Source of the DNA: Flavobacteriales bacterium
Lineage (GTDB): Bacteria > Bacteroidota > Bacteroidia > Flavobacteriales_D > Cryomorphaceae
Assembly (NCBI GenBank): GCA_020201045.1
Contig: JAIVHP010000017.1
Location: forward strand, 1-49,530
Length of the DNA stretch: 49,530 bases
Reading direction: 5' to 3'
Shown here: positions 20,522 to 26,465 of the stretch, in pieces
Numbering within the stretch: the stretch's first letter is position 1
How the letters are laid out: each line of letters begins with the position of its first letter
The notes under the pieces: generated by a model
What the model was told of the DNA's origin: nothing
Database searches by the model: none
The model's input: the letters and a program-made list of their open reading frames with translations, nothing else
Position numbers and translations under genes: made by a program

Positions 20522-21577
20522 ATGAAGAGATTTTTACAAGCTGTTTTTATTTGTGCTTGTGTGCCTGGATTTGTGTCCGCACAGCAAGATTACCATTTTT
20601 CTCAATTTTTTGCGGCTCCCATTACGTATAACCCCGCAAATAGCGGTGCTTTTCAGGGCGATATAAGAAGCTCCCTAAACTACAGGTCGCAGTACGGATC
20701 AATTGCAAATCCATTCGAAACCTTTGCCTTTACGGCCGATGCTCCGATTAAATTGACCAACGAAGCCTACGATAATAACTTTTTAGGTGTCGGCCTGAGT
20801 GTGATAAACGACAATTCGGGAATTGTTGGGTTTAATAATTTCCAGATCAATGGAAATGTTTCCTACGCCATAGATTTGGGTGGAACAGATCAGTTGCCGC
20901 ATTTTTTATCTCTCGGTCTGCAGATTGGCTACATGCAGCGATCACTCAATTTAAACAGCGCATCGTGGGAATCGCAGTGGACGGGAATTGGATTTAATCA
21001 AGGCCTGGATAGCGGTGAACCGGTGAGCGGAACCATAAACGAAGGCAATATTGACTTGGGTGCAGGTGTTTCCTGGTACAATGCCATTAATGAACAAACC
21101 ACTTTGCTGGCAGGAGCGGCCGTCTTGCACGGAAATGCTCCTCGCGTTGACATTTTGGGTTCCGACGAAGCGTTGATGCGCAAATACGTCGGTCATTTCA
21201 GTATGGCCATATCTCCTAATGAGTCGCAGGTTACTTACTTGCCAAATCTTTTTGTGATGTTTCAGGGGCCTAATCGCATAATAGATGTAGGGTCAGAAGT
21301 GGAGTTTAGCCTGTGGGATCGCACGCAGTTTACCGACTTTAGAAATAACCTATCGACGAATTTTGGAGCGTATTACCGTTTGCAGGATGCCATTTATTTC
21401 ATTGGCCGGGTAAATTACTACGACTTCTCTATCGGTGTAAGTTATGACTTTACGGTGTCAAAGCTCGCGCAAAACAACAACGGTCGCGGTGGTGTGGAGC
21501 TCGTATTGAGCTACCAAACCCGATTTAGCGGACCAGGTTACGAGCGCCAGAAGCTGATCAAGAGCAAAGGACTGTAA
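20522..21577 (+). CDS. PorP/SprF family type IX secretion system membrane protein
   Basis: Signal peptide followed by AQQDYHFSQFFAAPITYNPANSG, the signature N-terminus of the PorP/SprF family. The gene starts 4 nt after the type B cargo gene, which is the canonical pairing. Confidence 0.8.
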   Translation: MKRFLQAVFICACVPGFVSAQQDYHFSQFFAAPITYNPANSGAFQGDIRSSLNYRSQYGSIANPFETFAFTADAPIKLTNEAYDNNFLGVGLSVINDNSGIVGFNNFQINGNVSYAIDLGGTDQLPHFLSLGLQIGYMQRSLNLNSASWESQWTGIGFNQGLDSGEPVSGTINEGNIDLGAGVSWYNAINEQTTLLAGAAVLHGNAPRVDILGSDEALMRKYVGHFSMAISPNESQVTYLPNLFVMFQGPNRIIDVGSEVEFSLWDRTQFTDFRNNLSTNFGAYYRLQDAIYFIGRVNYYDFSIGVSYDFTVSKLAQNNNGRGGVELVLSYQTRFSGPGYERQKLIKSKGL

Positions 21578-21630
21578 TTGCAGTCTGCCAAATTAAGAGC
21601 TCAACCAAGAAGTTGATTTTCAAGCCACCC

Positions 21631-21679
21631 TCCGGGAGGTAGGCCTTACTGGTCTATTCACCTCCCGGATGGAAGTTTT
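21631..21679 (+). terminator. hairpin plus T-run downstream of the PorP/SprF gene
   Basis: TCCGGGAGGT (21631-21640) pairs with ACCTCCCGGA (21660-21669), giving a 10-bp stem with a 19-nt loop. TTTT lies at 21676-21679. Confidence 0.4.
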
Positions 21680-21702
21680 CAAAAACAAGTGCAACGCCGA
21701 TA

Positions 21703-22035
21703 ATGAACCCTATAGACAGATTAGAATCTGTCATTACACTCGGGTGGCTGATCCATAAAGTTCGTTACCAAGCATACCGACGGCAAGCAGGCCCGCCTGC
21801 AGTTGGCAGGCGTAACGCAGCTATCGGACTTTATGGACAGACACAACTTAACGGCGGCATGGACTGGGAAACAGGCAGCGGCCCCATAGAGCCAGCCCCG
21901 CACCCGATAGCAACCCGCTTATTACCGGGATTGACGGGTATCGGTATGGAGAAGGATGATGAGGTGAAGGGGGCTGGAAACTCCATCAATTCTAAAGCCC
22001 GCGTTCAAGCCGCCAACCATGTTGGCAAGAACTAA
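21703..22035 (+). pseudogene. possible decayed fragment of an RHS/YD-type polymorphic-toxin core end
   Basis: The only recognisable part is GMEKDDEVKGAGNS (21943-21984). It resembles the Bacteroidota RHS junction motif YRYGFNG[KQM]E[KN]D[DN]E[VI]KGEGN. YRYG is encoded at 21939-21950 in a different frame. The rest of the ORF has no recognisable features. Confidence 0.25.
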
Positions 22036-22093
22036 TGGAATTACAAGAAGAAATGTTTACGCATACCCCAAAGTCTTTCGCTATCTTCGGATT

Positions 22094-22315
22094 ATGGACT
22101 TTCGCAAGTATATAGAAATAAGACCTGACAAAAGGTTTGGCAAGCCATGCCTGAAGGATACGCGAATTAGCGTGTACGATGTATTAAACTGGATGGCCAA
22201 TGGTATGACTGCAGCGCAAATTAAGCTTGATTTCGAAGAAATAAGCGATGAAATGATTCAGGCTTGTTTGGCTTTTGCTGCCGACCGTGAAAGAAAGCTG
22301 AAGGTCGCGCTATAA
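22094..22315 (+). CDS. DUF433 domain protein (antitoxin-like small protein)
   Basis: 73 aa from the ATG at 22094. IEIRPDKRFGKPCLKDTRISVYDVLNWMANGMTAAQIKLDFEEISDEMIQACLAFA matches the DUF433 pattern (P...GKP.I.GTRI.V..IL..L..G.S...I......L....I.A.L.YA). Confidence 0.7.
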   Translation: MDFRKYIEIRPDKRFGKPCLKDTRISVYDVLNWMANGMTAAQIKLDFEEISDEMIQACLAFAADRERKLKVAL

Positions 22316-22340
22316 TGCTGCGTATAATATTGCATAATTA

Positions 22341-22657
22341 TCCTCCCCCTAACCCCCTCATGCCTGAGGCAGACAGGTCCGAAGGGGGAACGACTCCATT
22401 TGCGGTAGAATGGGAGAGTGGAAGAGTATAGTGAATAGTGAAAAGTGTATAGTGAATAGTGTATAGTGAATAGTTGAATAGTGAAAAATGTATAGTGAAT
22501 AGTGAACAGCCTGACTGCCGAAGGAAGGTGTATAGTGAAAAATGACAGCGAGTCAATAAATCCGTTTTGGATTTCTGGGTTTAACCGCGATTGGACAATA
22601 CTGCGCCAACCTTCAAAATACTGGACATTCCCCCTTCGGAGGGGGTTAGGGGGAGGA
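22341..22657. repeat. long-range inverted repeat pair (19-bp and 13-bp perfect arms) enclosing about 240-280 bp
   Basis: TCCTCCCCCTAACCCCCTC (22341-22359) is the exact reverse complement of GAGGGGGTTAGGGGGAGGA (22639-22657). TCCGAAGGGGGAA (22378-22390) is the exact reverse complement of TTCCCCCTTCGGA (22628-22640). The two pairs are nested. Confidence 0.85.
22424..22548. repeat. degenerate heptamer tandem tract (GTGAATA/GTGTATA/GTGAAAA)
   Basis: About 12 consecutive 7-nt units lie between 22424 and 22508. GTATAGTGAA occurs 5 times, starting at 22426, 22447, 22461, 22490 and 22530. Confidence 0.85.
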
Positions 22658-22729
22658 CACTTACACTCAAAATTGAAAAAGTGACATATCCTGAAATAAG
22701 TTGACAAAAAGTGGGGAATCAGCCTGCCT
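22570..22729 (+). repeat. composite repeat unit, copy A (69-nt left module, 3-nt linker, 88-nt right module)
   Basis: 22570-22638 matches 22837-22905 with 3 mismatches. 22642-22729 is identical to 22972-23059. Confidence 0.9.
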
Positions 22730-22744
22730 AAAGGCAAGGCAGGC
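22720..22744. repeat. REP-like hairpin CAGCCTGCCT-loop-AGGCAGGC
   Basis: GCCTGCCT (22722-22729) pairs perfectly with AGGCAGGC (22737-22744). The loop is 7 nt. Confidence 0.7.
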
Positions 22745-22836
22745 AAGAGCAAGAGTCGCTGGTGATGGTTCGCGTGCGTGATGGGCTTGCGGGAGCTGAA
22801 GTGAAAAGTAAAAAATGGCCGTAGGTTGAATGGATC

Positions 22837-23059
22837 GATTCCTGGATTCAACCGCGATTGGACAATACTGCGCCAACCTTCAAAATACTGGACATTCCCC
22901 CTTCGAACCGAGTGACCGCAGGGAAGGAGCTCATGACTAGCCGGTGCGTGCGGCTGTGAGAAAGGAATAACGGGGTTAGGGGGAGGACACTTACACTCAA
23001 AATTGAAAAAGTGACATATCCTGAAATAAGTTGACAAAAAGTGGGGAATCAGCCTGCCT
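22837..23059 (+). repeat. composite repeat unit, copy B (same modules separated by a 66-nt insert at 22906-22971)
   Basis: Direct comparison with copy A. The two modules are otherwise colinear and in the same orientation. Confidence 0.9.
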
Positions 23060-23073
23060 CGCCGGAAGGCAGG
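23050..23073. repeat. REP-like hairpin CAGCCTGCCT-loop-AGGCAGG
   Basis: CCTGCCT (23053-23059) pairs with AGGCAGG (23067-23073). The loop is 7 nt but its sequence differs from the first copy. Confidence 0.7.
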
Positions 23074-23127
23074 GCTCACGCACTTTTGGAAATAGCGAAG
23101 CGATCTCACAACCGAAGGGCGTAAACC

Positions 23128-23156
23128 CAGCCTGCCTGGCCGACCCTTTAGGCAGG
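23128..23156. repeat. REP-like hairpin CAGCCTGCCT-loop-AGGCAGG
   Basis: CCTGCCT (23131-23137) pairs with AGGCAGG (23150-23156). The loop is 12 nt. Confidence 0.7.
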
Positions 23157-23159
23157 GAG

Positions 23160-23207
23160 CCCCGACATGCTTCGGGGTGACTGCCTGCCCACCAGCGGTG
23201 GGTTTTT
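23160..23207 (+). terminator. two GC hairpins, the second followed by a T-run (plus-strand intrinsic terminator)
   Basis: First hairpin: CCCCGA (23160-23165) pairs with TCGGGG (23172-23177). Second hairpin: CCCACC (23188-23193) pairs with GGTGGG (23197-23202), followed by TTTTT (23203-23207). On the minus strand no T-run follows the hairpin, so it is specific to the plus strand. Confidence 0.5.
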
Positions 23208-23252
23208 AGAACAAGTGCAAGGAAGATAGTGGGCTTTGTGGACAGCCACTAA

Positions 23253-23768
23253 TTAGATCCTCTTCATTTGGCCCTGAATCATCTTCACCTGATCGGCCAG
23301 CAATTTATTTTTATCGAGCTTTTTTACGTCGTTGAGCAAATTAATCGCTTCGCGCTTTTTGCGCCGCATTACTGCCAATCCCGCCAAATTTAGTTTGGCT
23401 ACCGCTTCATCGGTTTTCATCCGAAGCCCAATCGATAAGGCCTTTCTAAACAGCCGTTCAGATTTGGTTGCCCCCTGGGTTTGCGCCTGAATAAGTCCCA
23501 AAAGGTAATAGTAATACGCCTGTTGCGATTTAATCAGTTGTTCAGGCTGCTTGATTTTATAGAGTGTGCGCTGAGCTTTCTCAAATTTTCCGCGACGCAA
23601 TTGCACAAAGGCAATCATGATGAGCTCGTGCCTGAACAGGCTGAGTACAATCAATCCCGTGAGGAATACAAACAAAATTCCATTGCCGATATTTCCCAAA
23701 TAAAACTGGTAAACCATCCAAAGCAAGCCGGCCAGAATAAGGATGTATTTGATAATTTTGTTAACCAT
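23253..23768 (-). CDS. small membrane protein with a C-terminal TPR-like helical region (hypothetical)
   Basis: Start chosen at MVNKIIKYILILAGLLWMVYQF (M22 of the ORF). There are two or three predicted TM helices, followed by helical repeats (AYYYYLLGLIQAQ...FRKALSI). Confidence 0.5.
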   Translation of the reverse strand: MVNKIIKYILILAGLLWMVYQFYLGNIGNGILFVFLTGLIVLSLFRHELIMIAFVQLRRGKFEKAQRTLYKIKQPEQLIKSQQAYYYYLLGLIQAQTQGATKSERLFRKALSIGLRMKTDEAVAKLNLAGLAVMRRKKREAINLLNDVKKLDKNKLLADQVKMIQGQMKRI

Positions 23769-24051
23769 AGTTTCTTTTCTTCCAGGCGCAAATGTAATCA
23801 GTTCTGCCATTTCCCAGCGGACTTTACGCAATCTCTTTGGCGCGGATTAGGTTACAGACTTTCTCCGCCATGCTTACAGGAAGGTTCTATCTCCCTATTT
23901 TTTATTTCTCGTTTCCCCCAATCCGAATCTCCAATCAGTCAGTCAAATGGTCATTTTCCGAGTAAATCGCCTTATTGTGACAGTCTTTTAACTTATGAAA
24001 AACGCCGAAACCACTGATTTGGTGGGGTTAAACTGAGAACTCTATTCCGTG

Positions 24052-24076
24052 TGTAACAAAAGATCGGCTCGGTCGT
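24052..24076 (+). promoter_or_regulatory. candidate ECF-sigma-type promoter upstream of the DUF4252/ECF operon
   Basis: GTAAC (24052-24056), a 16-nt spacer, then CGTC (24073-24076), about 30 nt upstream of the ATG at 24105. This fits the generic ECF pattern (G)AAC-N16/17-CGTC. Confidence 0.35.
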
Positions 24077-24104
24077 CTTCGGCATGAACATTAAACAAAC
24101 TGAC

Positions 24105-24863
24105 ATGAAAAAGAAGCTTTACACGATGGTGGCTATACTGGTCACAGCATTATCGGCGCAAGCCCAAACGGATGCGCTTTCAACCTATTTTTCTGATTAT
24201 TTAAACGACGAATCAGTGACGAACATTTCCATGAGCGGCAAGGCTTTCGAAATGGCGAGTGGATTTTCGACGGAATCTGATGAAGGGGATACATTCAAAA
24301 GGATGGCTTCGCAAATAAACGGCCTAAAGATGGTTGTAGCTCAAGATTTGAATAACAGTAAGCAACTTGCATTGGATGCTCGCAAAAAGGTGCTTAACCG
24401 TTATGAAGATCTGATTACCGTAACAGACAAAGATGTTTACCTCAATCTCATGGTCGAAGAAAGCGATGGAAAAGTAACAGAAGTCTTCGCAGTGATCGGC
24501 ACAGGTGGGGAACTGGTTCTCGCCAGCATCACCGGTAATATGCTCCTTGCCGACGTGGCCAATCTCGGATCGGAAATTACATCGATGAGTAAAAATGGGT
24601 TTGGTAAATCTGATGAGAAACCGATAAAATACCGGGTATATCCCAATCCGGTTGCAAATGGAAATACGCTTACCCTGGTAGCTGATGGAGATTTTGAAGA
24701 AACTGAAGTTCGTATTTACAATGCAAAGGGGCGGGAAGTTGATAACTTTGTAATGAGCGAAAAGCAATTGCAATACCCAACGCATAAACTTGGAAAAGGC
24801 AGTTTTGTTCTTGAATTTAAAAAACACAATTTCGCGCACACCGAGAAGTTTATCGTACAGTAA
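24105..24863 (+). CDS. DUF4252-like protein with a T9SS type A C-terminal domain
   Basis: Signal peptide MKKKLYTMVAILVTALSAQAQ. DUF4252-like layout (YFSDYLNDESVTNISMSGKAFEMA...INGLKMVV...VTEVFAVIGTGGELVLASITGNM). C-terminus YRVYPNPVANGNTLTL...GSFVLEF. Confidence 0.65.
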   Translation: MKKKLYTMVAILVTALSAQAQTDALSTYFSDYLNDESVTNISMSGKAFEMASGFSTESDEGDTFKRMASQINGLKMVVAQDLNNSKQLALDARKKVLNRYEDLITVTDKDVYLNLMVEESDGKVTEVFAVIGTGGELVLASITGNMLLADVANLGSEITSMSKNGFGKSDEKPIKYRVYPNPVANGNTLTLVADGDFEETEVRIYNAKGREVDNFVMSEKQLQYPTHKLGKGSFVLEFKKHNFAHTEKFIVQ

Positions 24864-24887
24864 CCAACAGGCAACCTGAAATCCGTA

Positions 24888-25400
24888 ATGCAGAAAGAGA
24901 CTTTTGCAGAGTTAGTGCTGAGTAAGAAGGACAAGATGTTCAGGTTTGCATTGAGCTATTTAAAATGCGACCAGGATGCAAAAGATGTGGTTCAAGACGT
25001 GCTCATTAAACTCTGGGAAACCAGACACGAATTAAACGAAAAGAGAAATTTAGAAGCCTGGTGCATGACGATGGTTAAAAATAAATCAATGGATGCACTG
25101 AAAAGAGTGGGGCGGAAAATGAAATCAGATTGGAATGAAACAGCTTTAAACACTCCATTGAATAGCGAAAATCCGCTGGAAGTGACGGCAAATAAAGAAT
25201 CTTTGAAGCACGTAATGGAAATAGTAGACCAACTGCCCGTAAGTCAGCGCGATAGTTTTAACCTTCGCGATGTGCAGGGCTACAGTTACATTGAGATTGC
25301 AGAGATACTCGATATGAATATGAGCCAGGTGAAAGTGAACATCTTTCGGGCTCGAAAAACGATACAGGAAAAATTGATTAAAGTGTACAACTATGGATAG
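24888..25400 (+). CDS. ECF (sigma-70 family group IV) RNA polymerase sigma factor
   Basis: Region 2 (DAKDVVQDVLIKLWE....NLEAWCMTMVKNKSMDALK) and region 4 (LPVSQRDSFNLRDVQGYSYIEIAEILDMNMSQVKVNIFRARKTI). Confidence 0.85.
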   Translation: MQKETFAELVLSKKDKMFRFALSYLKCDQDAKDVVQDVLIKLWETRHELNEKRNLEAWCMTMVKNKSMDALKRVGRKMKSDWNETALNTPLNSENPLEVTANKESLKHVMEIVDQLPVSQRDSFNLRDVQGYSYIEIAEILDMNMSQVKVNIFRARKTIQEKLIKVYNYG

Positions 25401-25923
25401 CAATCGCATAAAAGTACTGGAAGAGAAATACTGGAAGGGAGAGACCAATCTGGCCGAAGAGCAGGAGCTGAAGCGCTATGTTCGCGATAATGGAAAAAAC
25501 GTCTCTAAATCGCTGGCAGATGTTTTCAGCGCCGCTTCAAAAAGCGACGAGCCCACTTTAGGGCGAGATTTCGACGATGCATTTTGGGATGCTGTATCCG
25601 GGAATTCAGGTGGAAGATCGCGAAATTTTCAGGCCTTCCACTTCATGCGGTATGCGGCAACCGGAATTATAATTCTCGGACTTTCTATAGGTTTTTACGC
25701 TGTTATAGACTGGGGTGAAAAACCATCTGAAACCGTCGTGCAATCTACTGCCAACGATACGTTTACCGATCCCGAAAAGGCATTTGAAGAAACTAAAAGA
25801 GCGCTGTTTTTCGCTTCACAAAAATTAAATCAGGGCGTGCAGCCCGTGAGTGAAATAAAACGATTTCACGATTCGCAAATGAGTATTACCGGAGCTGACC
25901 ACTCCCAAACAGACAAAAAATAA
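25393..25923 (+). CDS. putative single-pass anti-sigma factor
   Basis: Its start overlaps the sigma gene stop by 8 nt (ATGGATAG). It has one TM helix (YAATGIIILGLSIGFYAVI). The assignment rests on position only. Confidence 0.5.
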   Translation: MDSNRIKVLEEKYWKGETNLAEEQELKRYVRDNGKNVSKSLADVFSAASKSDEPTLGRDFDDAFWDAVSGNSGGRSRNFQAFHFMRYAATGIIILGLSIGFYAVIDWGEKPSETVVQSTANDTFTDPEKAFEETKRALFFASQKLNQGVQPVSEIKRFHDSQMSITGADHSQTDKK

Positions 25924-25928
25924 TAATC

Positions 25929-26465
25929 ATGAAATGGATATTTCAAATCATTGCGTTTAGCGGCTTAGTATTCGGCCCAATGGGCGTGAGCGCCCAGGAC
26001 GCTATCGATAGATACTTCGAATCATTCGCGTCAGACCCGGACTTTACGTCAATTGTAATTTCCAGCAAAATGTTTGAGCTCTTCACTAAAATAGATGTAG
26101 ATGAGCCCGAAGGCAAAAGGGTAAAAGATGCCATTTCGGGACTAAAGGGTATAAGAATTCTCGCATACGAAAGTGAAGAAGGCACTTCAAAGACAGCCAA
26201 TTTTAATTCGGCGATCAAAAAAATAGGTTCTGATTACGAGCTTTTAATGAGCGTTAACGATAAGAGCGATAAAGTTCGTTTCTTTATCCGCGAAGAAGGT
26301 GATACTATTGCAGAGCTCTTTATGGTAGTTGGCGGAGATCAAAATTTATTTTTGATGAGTCTCGTAGGTGATATCGATCTTGAGAAAATGTCTGAACTGT
26401 CAAAGAGCATGGATGTGGGCGGGATGAATTATCTGAAAAACTTAGATGATCCGAAAAAGAAATAA
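25929..26465 (+). CDS. DUF4252 domain protein
   Basis: Signal peptide, then IDRYFESFASDPDFTSIVISSKMFELF...LKGIRILAYE...YELLMSVNDKSDKVRFFIRE...IAELFMVVGGDQNLFLMSLVGDIDLEKM, a typical DUF4252 layout. Confidence 0.7.
   Translation: MKWIFQIIAFSGLVFGPMGVSAQDAIDRYFESFASDPDFTSIVISSKMFELFTKIDVDEPEGKRVKDAISGLKGIRILAYESEEGTSKTANFNSAIKKIGSDYELLMSVNDKSDKVRFFIREEGDTIAELFMVVGGDQNLFLMSLVGDIDLEKMSELSKSMDVGGMNYLKNLDDPKKK

Noticed and set aside
22639-22657. TTAGGG telomere-like sequence as evidence of eukaryotic contamination or a linear replicon end
   Set aside because: It is a single GGGTTAGGG unit embedded in a G5-TTA-G5 repeat arm, not a tandem telomeric array. The surrounding genes are unambiguously bacterial.
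22341-22729. Retron msr/msd or DGR template/variable repeat pair
   Set aside because: The inverted repeats flanking about 280 nt superficially resemble retron a1/a2 arms, and the two near-identical modules resemble TR/VR. However, no reverse transcriptase ORF exists in or near the locus, and the 3 mismatches between modules are not adenine-specific.
22424-23059. CRISPR array
   Set aside because: The tandem tract has a 7-nt period with no spacers. The larger repeats are only two copies, 160 and 223 nt long. There are no cas genes anywhere in the window.
22258-23109. 283-aa minus-strand ORF spanning the repeat region
   Set aside because: Its translation is dominated by duplicated segments (GRLIPHFLSTYFRICHFFNFECKCPPPNP occurs twice) and by heptamer-derived FTIHY/SLYT low complexity. 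It runs antisense through the DUF433 3' end, and it has no signal, motif or plausible start context. It is an artefact of stop-free repeats.
21601-23250. tRNA, tmRNA, RNase P, SRP or rRNA gene in the gene-poor segment (smpB is in the window)
   Set aside because: By eye I could find no cloverleaf, no tmRNA tag-reading frame or acceptor-like ends, and no conserved SRP or RNase P motifs. This is manual inspection only. tRNAscan-SE, ARAGORN and cmscan should confirm it.
23832-24051. Riboswitch or leader RNA upstream of the DUF4252/ECF operon
   Set aside because: Only one short hairpin (CCAC-TGATTT-GTGG) is present. I recognise no conserved riboswitch core, so the space is adequately explained as a divergent promoter region.
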